Shown in pieces: positions 28,201 to 38,500 of a stretch of DNA of 56,163 nucleotides (positions within the stretch are counted from its first letter, which is position 1; each line of letters opens with the position of its first letter). The stretch comes from a virus (Duplodnaviria > Caudoviricetes): positions 1-56,163 of the IMG/VR virus record IMGVR_UViG_3300030433_003430; one strand, 5' to 3'. The notes under the pieces were generated by a model that saw nothing but the letters and a program-made list of their open reading frames with translations, made no database searches and was not told where the DNA came from. A program made the position numbers and the translations under genes.

Positions 28201-31200
28201 CACACCAGTTAATTTTGCAGAAACTGGTACCAATTCCGCCACCATTTGAGAAACAGACTCGTCAAGCCATTTATAAAAATTTAAATACTTCTCTAAATCA
28301 GGAGTATTGCCGACAGTGTTGAAAAATAAATTTCTAAACTTTTCTAAACCTTTGTAACTAATCCTATATCTATTGACAGGATCTCCAATTAAGTTCTCTA
28401 GAGCGCTTGCCTCTTTTGATGCATAGAAAAAATTGATCATCTCTTCAGAGATGGTTTGGTACATACTTTTTTCTAGCCCAAAAGAAAATTTAATTGGAAG
28501 TGTATTTTTTGTAAACGCCAAATCATCTGTTTCTGCTATTGTTATCATATTAGAATCATTGATATTTTCTGGCAACTGTTGTTTATAAGACGGCAAGAAG
28601 TCATTTAATACAGAATCTGTGCTATTTTCTACGAAGAAATCTCCTCTTGCATCGTGATTAGATTCTAAAAGATTTTTCTGATCTAAACCCCAAAGTTGAT
28701 AATTGTCATCTTGGTTAATAGTATAGCTTCTATCTTGTACAACAAACCTACCACTGGCATCAGACCCAGTAACGTTGTTAAAGTCCCAGTTTAAAAGCAA
28801 AGTTTTTATTCTTGGCACCTCAATATTTTGATAATATCTTGTGGCAAATAGGTATGCATTTTTTTCTGGGTTATTTACGCCTACACTAGATGGATCAATT
28901 GCGTGGAATTTTAATTCATCACTTGTAATTTCGTCAGCCCAATATCTACATGAGGAAACTAACACATCAGATCTTTCTCTAAGTGATCCTGTAAAGTTTG
29001 TTCTATGTGCGCCTGCATACATCCTTTTTTTCTGTGTTAGAAATCTTAAACCTGCTGTATTTGTTATGCTGCCGGTAATCTTAAATGAATTAATTACAAT
29101 GTCAGATATTGCGCTAACCCCTTCAAACTCTACGTCATATTCTTTTCCAGTTGATCCTGTTATCTCACTCCCTGCATATGGATATCCTTTTGGCTTAACT
29201 CTTACTGCAAAATTCCATTTTGTATCTTGATATTGATCCAAATAAAATTCACTAGCCATTAAAGGGATGACATCATTATAGCTTTTTAATACAAATTGAA
29301 CACTTCTAGACTGTTGCTCATCTCGTGCAGCAGTAGCTGCTACTGCATATACTTGAAAGTTTGCGTAATCATTTGCATCCCAAGTCATAACCTGCTGGTC
29401 ATCAGATCCGGGATCAGCTTTTGCTGAGTGCATACCAAATAGAGAAGAAGAAACGTATGGAAAATATTTGTTTGCGCCACTATTTGTTCCAAGTTCGGGT
29501 TTTTTGGGAAGAATAACCTCGGCCTCTACTGTCATAGCTAATTCACTATCAAAACCAGAAGAAGTATTAGTACTTCCTGTTATAAATCCAAAATTATCAG
29601 GCTCACTGCTGTTCTTAAAAGAGTATACGGTAGATGCATTTCTTGTAACATCATTAAAGTCAGCGTATGTTTTTCTAACTGATTTATCAACAAAATTATT
29701 TGTCAATGTATACTCTGCATTATCCGCATACATATTGATCTTATAAATTTCATCATCAACACCGAAGCACCTTATGAGGTTTCTTATTGCTTTTTGTGTA
29801 CCTTTTGATTTATTTATAAATGATAAATTATTATAAATGTTTTGATAGATATAGTTTTTGACATCATATAACTTCTTTTCATACTCTCTGTGATCATCTC
29901 TGTGTGCCAATGCAGAAATTACGTCTGTATCTGCAAATATTTCTGGTGTCACAAATCCTGCGTTTTTTAACAACTTAGAGGAAAATGGTATGGGCTTTAC
30001 AGTTGTGTCCATACTACTGCTAAGATATCTGTTTGTTTTTATTTTTGGAATTTCTTGAATTTGCAAATGCAAAGTGTCAAAATAGCTAGAAATTATCTGT
30101 GTTAAAGCTAGAGTTGTATCTCTCCCAGAATTAGAGTCTTCGTCTTGAATCCACTGCGGCAACGTATTAAACAAGAAGGCTGGGTTTCTGTAGTCCCATT
30201 CTTCTCCTTTTTTCATTGCCTCTTCTTTGTAGGATGAAACTAGTGGGTGCGAAGGATACAATATTGGATCTTTAAACTCTCTTTCTGCCGCATTTGAAAT
30301 TACCATGGCAGACCCAGTTTGTCTTTTGTCTGAGTCGTAGTTTACATACAAACCATTTGATACACGACCTGAGTAATCTAATATAGTTTGGTCTAAATTG
30401 CTATCACCTGTTTTTCCCTCATTAAATTTAAAGTAAAATCCCAAATCTGTATTAGATGTATCTGTGTTTGTACCTGCTCCAACTTGAGTAAACCAGTTAT
30501 CACCTATTTGCTTTTCTGTTCTAGCTGTTTTCCAAAATCTAAATTCATCTATAGATCCACTGTTATTTGCAAAGCCATTAAAATTTGTTATTGATGGAGA
30601 TTGCGCTAGTGCAGCACCTTTGATATCCTCTGTGGGATAATTCAGATAAGCATTAATATTCGCATTAATTCCACCAAGAGGGGATCCTGTAACTTCCGCT
30701 ACAGATGAGCCTGTTAAAATATTGTCTACTAAATTACCATTGAGGAATGTTTTGATTCGCAGACCTTTATCTGCGGTTTCATCTCCACTATTTTTAACTG
30801 TAATGGCATAGTGATTCCAAGTATCTGTTGAAAAAGATATATCCGACAAAGAGAAAATGGGCACTCTTTGTGCCCCACCAGATGTACCAGACATATATGT
30901 GAAGTGCAAAAGAGCACTGTCTAACGGTTGCCCGAGAAGATTTACTCTAGACTCTAGAATTATACGACCGTAACTTGCGCTGGCAATTTGCGTATTGCTT
31001 GTCCCATCATTATTCCAAACATCAAAAAAGCACCGTGTTGTATTACTTTGCTCGTGTGCGTTAAACCAAAGCTCTATAGTATTTCCTGTTTCACCATTAA
31101 TAGTAATATTCTTTTCTCTATTGTTGGCAGTATCATAGAAATTTGCTTTGTGCTCTGCATTTTTGAAATCTGTCGCTTTATTTAATTCTTGGTCATATAT

Positions 31201-31713
31201 TGGTAAAGATGCCTTATTGGGACCACCTTTGACATAAATGTATTGTGGGCTTATAGCAAGTGTATAATTTTCTCCAGTTGCAGCAGCGGGGAATGTAAAT
31301 GAGTCAGCGGGGAAACCAGTGGGTAGTCTTTCAAACATAACAAAGCCATTTGTTCTTGGATACTCATTTTCAAAAATATAGTTGTCTAGATAAGACGAAG
31401 AAAGAGACCATTGAATCTTTTCTTTCTTTGATCCATCATATGGATAGGCTTTGTAAATTCTTTCAATAGATGTTTTATAGTATTGTTCAGCAGAGCCATA
31501 TTTTGCAAAGTTTGCTGGTCTTGAAAAATCAATTGTTGGAACGAGGCGCTCTTTGTTTTCTAGTTCTGCACGAACATATCCAGCAGACTCTATTTGGTTG
31601 CCCAAAGAGTCTAAGCTTGCAGAAGATATAAACTTGCTACTCTTTGTTGCTTGTGGATTTGATTTTCCAAAAAGCGAACTTAGACTGTTGCTTTTGTCAC
31701 CGTATTTTGCCAT
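22258..31713 (-). CDS. 3151-aa baseplate wedge (gp7-like) protein with LamG/concanavalin A-like domains
   Basis: TIELWF...WNHYAIT...FLNG...GSIDEFRFWKTART LamG pattern (second degenerate copy downstream); KSKGTQKAIRNLIRCFG wedge motif; near gp6/gp25. Confidence 0.65.
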   Translation of the reverse strand: MAKYGDKSNSLSSLFGKSNPQATKSSKFISSASLDSLGNQIESAGYVRAELENKERLVPTIDFSRPANFAKYGSAEQYYKTSIERIYKAYPYDGSKKEKIQWSLSSSYLDNYIFENEYPRTNGFVMFERLPTGFPADSFTFPAAATGENYTLAISPQYIYVKGGPNKASLPIYDQELNKATDFKNAEHKANFYDTANNREKNITINGETGNTIELWFNAHEQSNTTRCFFDVWNNDGTSNTQIASASYGRIILESRVNLLGQPLDSALLHFTYMSGTSGGAQRVPIFSLSDISFSTDTWNHYAITVKNSGDETADKGLRIKTFLNGNLVDNILTGSSVAEVTGSPLGGINANINAYLNYPTEDIKGAALAQSPSITNFNGFANNSGSIDEFRFWKTARTEKQIGDNWFTQVGAGTNTDTSNTDLGFYFKFNEGKTGDSNLDQTILDYSGRVSNGLYVNYDSDKRQTGSAMVISNAAEREFKDPILYPSHPLVSSYKEEAMKKGEEWDYRNPAFLFNTLPQWIQDEDSNSGRDTTLALTQIISSYFDTLHLQIQEIPKIKTNRYLSSSMDTTVKPIPFSSKLLKNAGFVTPEIFADTDVISALAHRDDHREYEKKLYDVKNYIYQNIYNNLSFINKSKGTQKAIRNLIRCFGVDDEIYKINMYADNAEYTLTNNFVDKSVRKTYADFNDVTRNASTVYSFKNSSEPDNFGFITGSTNTSSGFDSELAMTVEAEVILPKKPELGTNSGANKYFPYVSSSLFGMHSAKADPGSDDQQVMTWDANDYANFQVYAVAATAARDEQQSRSVQFVLKSYNDVIPLMASEFYLDQYQDTKWNFAVRVKPKGYPYAGSEITGSTGKEYDVEFEGVSAISDIVINSFKITGSITNTAGLRFLTQKKRMYAGAHRTNFTGSLRERSDVLVSSCRYWADEITSDELKFHAIDPSSVGVNNPEKNAYLFATRYYQNIEVPRIKTLLLNWDFNNVTGSDASGRFVVQDRSYTINQDDNYQLWGLDQKNLLESNHDARGDFFVENSTDSVLNDFLPSYKQQLPENINDSNMITIAETDDLAFTKNTLPIKFSFGLEKSMYQTISEEMINFFYASKEASALENLIGDPVNRYRISYKGLEKFRNLFFNTVGNTPDLEKYLNFYKWLDESVSQMVAELVPVSAKLTGVTNVVESHMLDRAGKYQTKFPTVESKVGVLEDAARGINEMLYDWEFGHAPISGKQQDNCLWWKKRAIRTTDGLWSGDDNVDNDRKFIHSASVQVLNRKLDTTIRLKADNMGLRQSLNKRQFIFAETPPVTDENIKFNTSTFSKPVTCNDTTKINPQFKFKPQFKIEPGAEEGSSYLGRMNSPVTFYSSSIGDQNTDPTGYFKTSQHLLDYYSETKDVPAQGPFTQAHVGGYQYRHSGLNAGVAPGYGGRREGWHTTTSTVGGSTYFVIYNPSSINSAHPRAGYSRDLIAKSSVNIKNIKTITSSNDPGSGITDDTGATIPLGNYTHDYEIVQIPGRSINNKYFIENSGIGTGSTESTFVSGLYDRTIPDRGKNKYVFVNKFSAPGGPETMGAGYLDVESESFSVYNALPFRNLSVRSPLRSLLTKHAAFGGYDSEFGQPSASFHKTPRNGAKKLNINGKPDIGSHDGLGLDVVTSSVFDNAFVQHMIPRSDMQYSWITASAISSIFGYEQPNGSNASLASTDITFVSASDFGTFIDTSVLPSGKPVLGRPQDQAGANFYPQPFVPFNNFAFPDPSQISENTISLNFNTDFVGATLVNGAVGGAVPPQGLNLQLLANNGAGGFSSWKQLRQGDNPIVKDMRRNNRLSFVRTQDTLTTETVFNIILNKNITISRNVEEEKLFSYTEPMVSSKYKPLYHRINMWNYDSENGFGGPQVVLESSYGNNLAYFTMTNTLGVAGVFDSLTKTIGFQPLELPKQVYDDLKRIYINNELDGPKAGSNPIRQVGQFKYRETVYPKESFTFLAKTRMRENYDEASGSADFNRSLGKARTFWKDYSTNRLRSIGIAKNSMGIIIDGGSFRETSYEGVLDLSCWPLDAHYPMVDIAPTGAGGTLQGATEDGQGEGSYRLPTDINLRTLNGELSYNNWIYNLYRVPIQGHAASEPSTLGGTSPTTASLSYEYPNFALSGNDPNQTSLPYTLSHLGLVPNWTANLTSSRNPWFNSYDEYSNDIRRIGKDYTVIPEFRITDHMDYYLKEGNGFKSKNSKYLDLIGSSTSNTSSATSEDSTSLNEEFYRIYSHSDFMKHFEVLRTDHVSTPVSTDNNVLVPARIKISCKGIKKLLPYQGFYPVTRTVQLGQMFSASYAENLTGSYDTKSSIDGDQERQQLSSLIQPFFAPGIMFNTIKSGIAVDWPVITGSIESKNPLDISTGSASIYGYRAAGMCNFDPDWRMPFDAVLSPNKFLPKFKAENFSLALEDKPKPFIYHMWPNYSNASLQQSNQAKRFTRKLGEEYKTWYQDAGYDRPTPNFAWKGDYDNKYNLAMHNFLAETVDFFLENQKVTSFVSKQEKDFKTMVSGTIYTMDVVLRKTDNFKMYEGPENVYKVSSFATSSNIQHTSSVSVRGMHYGPNFASRKLEDQMHTEQISILQQMEDPSPAPYTPPYFYGTSVARIKFRPHALRENMGIGEADKFTLSEIFSAAEIETKYFNENENSNNVFAGSQASQVNTASAAFKNQMSVASSVNLFNRTGIKFNSYEPVVGAGGDITYLKKAVTSAQDSNQDVWVIESKFECPTLDYSDHDISVGSIINAVAEERDATTGPWRTFGKIPEVKEGIFMEIRESYPQASEATDADIEGSLDPTVRGGVTDPLTQRLSARLEFTDVTGETKSIPRYGSLKDICGFETETKRVGTLASSKVVSEAIIAIPILTDDTPILIDQDAFNVQKNNLETKGFAVDAGELGSPVKIQDTSITDMIKKMKKYVIPPHMDFLNNANVDPFVMYIFEFSHELSKKDLSLIWQNMMPDISVTAEQAEATIEHPVLTGPGLEFFGKDINSINPKNVLDVSIFPPKLRWQVFKVKQRAKNNYFGMSITQDAQKGFGLSELNPDGNLLETGDQLTYSYNWPYDFFSLVELAKIEPEISFEPNSIANFAGPNPSGPVPGPTTTGEPNLEDRVKREYADKRNVSTVGTEESKNKINVGNLTQQDIKQ

Positions 31714-33263
31714 TAATCTTCAACCTTAAACTTAAAAATCTCTGATTGTTCTTGATAACTTCCGTTTTTGTAATATGCCAACTTGATCCCGTAAGCATAT
31801 CCGCTTTCTAACAGGTCAATATTTAAATTAAAATAATTACCCTCTTTATCATATGACATTCTGGTGTATGACTCATCGCTTCCATCAGATTGTGGAGAGG
31901 ATGCAGAGCCTGTGCCATATGGTATTACTTCTAAATCATCTACAATTCTAAATACTTTATAGTAAGCATTTTCAATTATTTTATTTTCTATTTCTGCATT
32001 AGCAACAGTATAAATTGTAGGACTCCATCCCTTCTCTCTGACATATAATCTAAATGTTGCATTTTCGGATCTAGAGTATACTTGTTTTAAGTTTGTAATT
32101 TTATTAACATATTCTGGGCTTGGATTAGAGTTGGAAGCATTAAAAGAATATACTTCAATTGCACTCCCAGTATGATATTGAATAGCTCCTTGACTTCCAG
32201 AATTCCATACCGGAAAAACAGTTGTAATTGAAGAACTCACTGCTGGAAATACCACACTTGCTGTGTATATACCTGTTTCGTATTTACCCCCGACAGATGC
32301 AGTTTGATGACCGTCTGCGGTGATCCCCCCTCCAATTGCAAGCTTAATTGGGTCACCTGTTGGTGTTACGTTTAGTGCAGATCCAGAATAAAGACTTACA
32401 AAGATGGTGTCTTTAAAGTCTAGTGTAGGTATGTCTTTCAGTTGACCCTTAATGTAGTTGTACAAATATAGCGTGTTTATATTGTCCTCTGCTGGCGCTA
32501 AAGCACTGCTAAGATAAAAATTTCCTGCATCATCTTTTTTGGAAGAATCCCATCTAGCTTCAAGCACTGGCCTCTTAAAGAAAAATTCACTTGATCTAGA
32601 AAAAAACTTTTTTGTGTAATATGATTGAGAACCTGTTTCAAAACTTCCCGACAATTTGATTCCAAATCCATACCTAGCTAGACCTGAGCCAGATCCATGA
32701 AGAAACCTTTCCACCATTTCAGTAACATTAATCTCTAAGCTCTCTGTTCCGTCTTCAAAGTATTGACTTTTCACATATTTATTTTGTGGCTCATCAATAA
32801 AGTCTCCGCCTTCTTCGGTCCACTGAGTGCCCAAAGAAGACATAATCCAATTTGATCCGTCAATTCTATCATAGGTCTGATCTGTGTATTCATCCATATC
32901 CAAGCCGCTTCCCTCTTGCCAAGAAGCTGATATTGGCTGGACGACAATATGAAACTTTTTTGGTAGCGTAGATGCATGCCTAGCATTATACAATTTTAAG
33001 TACCATGAAACTGAGCCACTTTCAGGAATTGTTGGCACACTAGCACTGCGATCAGACTCAATACCATCAAAAGGAAAATTAATTAATATTCTTGATTTTT
33101 CTGATGACAGACCTGAAGATCCAGATGTTTGCCCCACTATATAAAAAGCTTCAAGAATATCGGCTGCACCCATATTAGAGCCTGTGCCTCTGCCAACTAA
33201 ATTTGATCTAAAAGCATTTGTAATTGTATTGTCAGCACTAGCTGTGTATCTATAGATTGCCAT
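31713..33263 (-). CDS. virion protein with N-terminal DNRLRE/CBM96-like domain
   Basis: ADNTI...NMG...SRILINF...LKLY...W.EG.G...GGDF...RPVLEARW pattern. Confidence 0.55.
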   Translation of the reverse strand: MAIYRYTASADNTITNAFRSNLVGRGTGSNMGAADILEAFYIVGQTSGSSGLSSEKSRILINFPFDGIESDRSASVPTIPESGSVSWYLKLYNARHASTLPKKFHIVVQPISASWQEGSGLDMDEYTDQTYDRIDGSNWIMSSLGTQWTEEGGDFIDEPQNKYVKSQYFEDGTESLEINVTEMVERFLHGSGSGLARYGFGIKLSGSFETGSQSYYTKKFFSRSSEFFFKRPVLEARWDSSKKDDAGNFYLSSALAPAEDNINTLYLYNYIKGQLKDIPTLDFKDTIFVSLYSGSALNVTPTGDPIKLAIGGGITADGHQTASVGGKYETGIYTASVVFPAVSSSITTVFPVWNSGSQGAIQYHTGSAIEVYSFNASNSNPSPEYVNKITNLKQVYSRSENATFRLYVREKGWSPTIYTVANAEIENKIIENAYYKVFRIVDDLEVIPYGTGSASSPQSDGSDESYTRMSYDKEGNYFNLNIDLLESGYAYGIKLAYYKNGSYQEQSEIFKFKVED

Positions 33264-35071
33264 TATCTAACAGTTCCTACAATGTCTGAGTCTGGGTATT
33301 TCACTTCAAAAACTACATCGTCTCTACCCAACAGAAGCCTACCATCTGGAGAAGTGTTTGCTTTTATATCATAAGATGTTGTAGAATACAGCGAACCAGT
33401 TTTTCTATCTATTTTTACAGATATAACATCCAGCAAGCCATCTACATCTTTTAAAGTTTTAAACATATCACTAATTCTTATAGGTTGACCTATATCATAT
33501 TTTGTATTTAATATTTCTGACTTCAATGCATCAATTGAATTTTGCAAAACCTCAAACTTGTTTTTCTCTTCATCTGCAATGATGTCAATTTTTATTCCGA
33601 TATTTACAACTCTTCCATCAAGAATATCAATTGTGTCATTTATCATTTTATATCTTGATAAGTAATTTTTTAAATTTTTCTTCAAAGTACTTGTTGCTTC
33701 TGTCAAATTTCCTTCTGCATCTTCAGAAACAATATATAAATTAAGATTTCTTTTGAAAGAATCCTCATCTTGTACAATATTACATCTTTTAACTGCTCCA
33801 AACTTCGGAGGCATATTGTAAATTACAGATTTATAATCACTTGATGTTACTGCTCTATTTTGAGATGTAAATGCTCCATATGCTCTATATTTTAATTCTT
33901 GAACACTAGGAGTAGAAACAGCGCCAATAATTGGATTTTCATTTTCAAACTCTAAAGAATTTATAACATTTCTAACAGATTGTTGGGCCAACGTGTCTAT
34001 ATTAGCAAAACTATAACGCTGATCAGATACAGAAGTTAAACTTCGGGCTCCAATGTTTGTATTATTTGTAGTATTAACTCGGTATTCAATAGTTAGAGTC
34101 GTATTAGTCGGTGAAATACCCATCTTTTCTGTTTCAATCAAGTTTGTTGGATCAAAACTTTCATCAACAACATAATCTTTTCCATTAACATTTAATATTA
34201 CTTTGCTAGGGTCACTGATAATTTCGTTTGTTAAATTAGCCTCAGATCCGTATCCAAATTGAAGATAAAATTGATTACTTAATTGTTCAAAGACAAATCT
34301 TCTTGGAACTCTTTTTGGTTTTAGAATTGATTTTACTCTATCGCTGTCAGCACCTTTATTTACAATTGGCACATAAATTGTATCTTGTGTTAAATAATCT
34401 ACTTCGTAATATTGATTTCCGTTTGTATCAAAAACCGATACTATTTCAGATATGTTTGTGTCTGCTATTCCAATTTTTCTAAATCTTTGAAAGTCTCCGA
34501 CTTCAACAGTTTTTCTTTTTATTTGACCAGAAACAACCTGACCATATGCTTTAATCGCATACGCAGTTGGAACTCCAGTAGTTGGATCAACATTTGATAC
34601 CACAACCTCATTACTAGCTAAAGAAAAATCCACATCTTCATTTAATGTGTAAGACGCTTGGTTTCCGGAAGATCCGAATACTGTTCCCTTCTTTAATATT
34701 GGAGCATATCTTAAATCAGGCTGAACTCCTGTAGAATTTGCAGGAACAACAATATAAAGTGTCACTATGCCACTAGCAACTGGGTATCCTTTGTATTTAT
34801 AACCCATTTGTCTAGCTAATTTTATGATATTATTGCTTTCTATTGCAGTTTCTAGGAAAGACTCGTTTACATTGTAATCCATGTAAAAAGATAAAATGTC
34901 TCCAACATATGAAACAGTGTCTAACATGATTGATCCAAACGATGCTTCATTGAAGTCTTTATATACGTTTGGATAATATCTTTTTACATGATTAATTAAG
35001 TCTCTTTTGATAGACTCAAAATCTCTACTGGTATAATTGATAGGAACTATATCTTTATTCTCAAATGGCAA
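33263..35071 (-). CDS. baseplate wedge subunit (T4 gp6/baseplate J-like)
   Basis: YTSRDFESIK..L, DFNEAS.G..ML...SYVGDILSFY, ESFLETA, LARQMGY, FG.G and QNRAVT..DY motifs. Confidence 0.9.
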   Translation of the reverse strand: MPFENKDIVPINYTSRDFESIKRDLINHVKRYYPNVYKDFNEASFGSIMLDTVSYVGDILSFYMDYNVNESFLETAIESNNIIKLARQMGYKYKGYPVASGIVTLYIVVPANSTGVQPDLRYAPILKKGTVFGSSGNQASYTLNEDVDFSLASNEVVVSNVDPTTGVPTAYAIKAYGQVVSGQIKRKTVEVGDFQRFRKIGIADTNISEIVSVFDTNGNQYYEVDYLTQDTIYVPIVNKGADSDRVKSILKPKRVPRRFVFEQLSNQFYLQFGYGSEANLTNEIISDPSKVILNVNGKDYVVDESFDPTNLIETEKMGISPTNTTLTIEYRVNTTNNTNIGARSLTSVSDQRYSFANIDTLAQQSVRNVINSLEFENENPIIGAVSTPSVQELKYRAYGAFTSQNRAVTSSDYKSVIYNMPPKFGAVKRCNIVQDEDSFKRNLNLYIVSEDAEGNLTEATSTLKKNLKNYLSRYKMINDTIDILDGRVVNIGIKIDIIADEEKNKFEVLQNSIDALKSEILNTKYDIGQPIRISDMFKTLKDVDGLLDVISVKIDRKTGSLYSTTSYDIKANTSPDGRLLLGRDDVVFEVKYPDSDIVGTVR

Positions 35072-35100
35072 CTTACTAACTCCTTAAATTAATTAGTTTA

Positions 35101-35499
35101 TTATTGATTATTCTTCAAGTTTATCTTAAGAGAATCGGATATTCCTCTAGAATTTATTGTATAGCTTATTGATATAAATAGCTTATTGTAGTCAGCAGGC
35201 GTAAAATCATCTCCATTTTCAATCAATATTTTTCTAATTTGTATAAATGGCATATATGTAGAGACTTGTTGCTTAATACTAAAATCCATTTCTAGTCTGA
35301 CTGCTGGTGTTATATTTTCAAAGATATACCTTTTGATGCCAACTCCAAATAGCGGATCCATCATTCTTTCTCCGGGAGATGTCAGTACTAAACATTTTAA
35401 ATTTTGCTTTGCAACTTCTTTAATAGACTTTAGCATTTCATAGCCGTAGTCTGAATCTAAAGATAGTGGTAATCGTGGAGCATATGTATTAGTTGGCAT
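35101..35499 (-). CDS. baseplate gp25/GPW-like protein
   Basis: KQNLK.LVLTSPGERMMDP.FGVGI..YIFE; start 35499 with AGGAG RBS. Confidence 0.9.
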   Translation of the reverse strand: MPTNTYAPRLPLSLDSDYGYEMLKSIKEVAKQNLKCLVLTSPGERMMDPLFGVGIKRYIFENITPAVRLEMDFSIKQQVSTYMPFIQIRKILIENGDDFTPADYNKLFISISYTINSRGISDSLKINLKNNQ

Positions 35500-35503
35500 T
35501 TTT

Positions 35504-38500
35504 CTATTCTCCTGTGTAATCAAACCTCTTACTGTTGAATACAATTGTTGCCGCTCTTTCTAGCGCTGCTTTTGTTTCATTCAGGGCTGTTATAACCTCT
35601 GCGTTTTCAGCGGTGTAATATTGCATTGCAGAAAATGAGCTAAAGTGTAACATATTTTCTAGTGGAAAACATATCTTTCTTAGTGACTCGTATTCATCAC
35701 TATTAATTAGTTCATTTCTTAAAATGTCATATTGCTCTTTAAGAATACCAAGATCTTGGCTGACCAAATCAGAAATATTTAAAAATTGAGCGATTGTAAG
35801 GTCTTTATCTATTTCTTGTTCTCTATTAAACATCGGAATGACTACTGAAAACGTTCCGTCAGAAGTATACACATCTTGTGGAAGAATCTCAGCGTTAGAC
35901 CCCAAATCTATTCCATTTTCTTTAGCTTGCTCATAAGTTGGGAATTGGTCTCCTAAGATTCTTTTAAACGACGGTAGCTGACCGTCTAGACAAATAATAG
36001 ACTTGTCAAGGCTCATAGTTATATATCTAGCTAATGTAAAGATAGGCTTTACATCTCCAATCTGTTCCAGAGGATATTGATCAAACAAAGTTTCACAAAA
36101 ATCTTTTATTGTAGAATCTTTACTATGCATTGGGTCATCGGGCCAATATGCAATTCCGTAACACATTCTAGACCCTATCTTAATGCTGCTAAACACATCA
36201 GAAAGCGGAGTATCTTCTGAAAAAATGTTGTCTTGAAGCGCTTTAAGTAATATTATTCTTATGTTTTCTAAATTAGCAACACCTCTAAAGGAATTATCTC
36301 TTGATTCCCAGTTTTCATTATATTTTGATTGATTTTCAGAAAAACTTGTAACTTTAACATAGTTTTGAGTAAAAAATATCCCTCTTCTGAAATATTTATA
36401 GCTATCTTCTCCAAAAAGGCTGTATTCTGAGGTTGGGTTTACACCAACAGAATTAAGCTCTTTGCCTTCAAATCTTTCATTAATATATCCTTGACCAGCG
36501 TAGCTATGTACAGGAAGAGACCCAAGTGGATACAAAAATACTCCGTCTAATTCAGATGCAATTTTAGGATTTGGAACAGATTTAATTACGTTTAAAAACC
36601 TATTGTAAACATCATAAAAATTACTATCTATGTAATAATCTATTCCCCTATCTTCACCTGTATATCCTGTAATTTCTATATCACTTTTACCAGTGATATA
36701 ATCAAAGACCTGATTATATACTGTTGTTAACTTGGCTAGTTCAGGTCCGCTATCTGTTTTTAACATTGTTTTTATATATTTTTTTGATATTTCATAAAAA
36801 TTATTATTTTTTATTGGGTATTCAAACTTTGAATAATATATTGTAGATCTCAAGAAATATTCTAAGACATAAACTCTCGCATGCGCCTCTAAAACACCAA
36901 TTAACATTCCATACTGTTTAGGTCCTATCTGTTCATCATTGGGGTTTTCATAATCACCTATATTGTAACTATCTGATATTTTTTGCTTTATGGCATCATA
37001 ATTGATAATTTGATTCACTCCAGATGATAAAGTATTAGAATATTGCTGCAACTCAGTTTGATCTGCTGTCCACGAGGAAGCAATTCTTTTGGCAATATTT
37101 TCCAAAATTGTTTTAAAAATTAAAGAATAAAATTTGTCCTCTAACTCGTTGAATCCGGTCAACTCTTGCACTAAACCATAGAGTTTAGATGGAAGTGAGG
37201 GAATTTTAATCGCATCCGATTCAATGACCGAAAATGTGAGACCATCTTCTCCCTCGTCCGTGACGTATATATCATCCTCTGGGGCATATTGTTTTTGGTA
37301 ATTCCACACTGTACCATATAAAATTCTTTGCTGCTGAGTTAAACCGTTTGATGATTGCACAGTTTTTGAAGGTTCTGTTTGATTAATTATTTCAATCACA
37401 GACTCTGGAGTGGGATAAGCCTCAATTACAGCAGTATCTAACTCTGTATAGTTAACTATTAGATCTGTAATGCCTATTTCTCCATCAGGGGTCAATATCA
37501 TCTTTGGCAGTTCGTATTCGCCAAACTGGGTGCCGTACATATACAAATTTCCTGATGTATTACTAAAAACAAGATTTTCTTTTGACAATACTTCGTTTAC
37601 TAATTTGTCAAACCTTTCTCCAAGCTTTAAATAATACTGCATACTTTCAGTTGTTAAAAAGGCCCTTGATGGACTAAGTAACGTTTCTGATACCCTTTCC
37701 ATGAAAAAATCTTGATTTTTTGCTTTCAAGTTGGCTGTTGATATTAGTCCAGAGTCTCCATCAGAATCAAAAATATTTGGAGTTGTTGTATTTGCTCCCT
37801 TGGATATTTCAAGAGCGTTGACCATATTTTTCATTTTATCAACTTTGCTTTTTAGTTCATAATAAAATGTTTTTTCAATAATAATATCAGATGGACACTT
37901 CATCTTCATTTGCTCATAGAGTTCTTGAGCAATGTCTACACATACTTCTGGATTTTTGTATGTCTGTGTGATGTCTTGTTGAGTTTGGTCTATTACTTTT
38001 TCAGAAATATTATCTCCTATGCATGCAAAGAATGTTTCTACTTTTGTTGTGTTATTGAGATAAAAATGCACATTTGGATAGGACTCTTTAGTTAACATTA
38101 AAATTTCTTTTAAAAGATCTCTTGAAGAACTACCACGATATAAACTCAACAACTCTGTTGGCGTTGTCATGTTTGAAACTGCATCTAAATATTGCACTGC
38201 ACTTGTTTTAGAAACATACAATACATCCTCTGTTAAGACCTCTTCATCGGATAGTACAGGTACTCCACAAGAACTAAATATGACTGCTAAAGATGATTCA
38301 TAAACGATATCGTCAAATATACCGATTGAATCTTTTATCATATCATTTGTATTTGATCCTCCATAATCTTTTACTATTGTATTATCAATTGATATTTTAG
38401 AATCAGCCAAGGTATCACCACAGCCTTTTAAAGACCTGCCTTGAATTTTTGCTATCAATTGTTCTATGAGATATATGATCGCATTTAAAATTAAGTGAGA

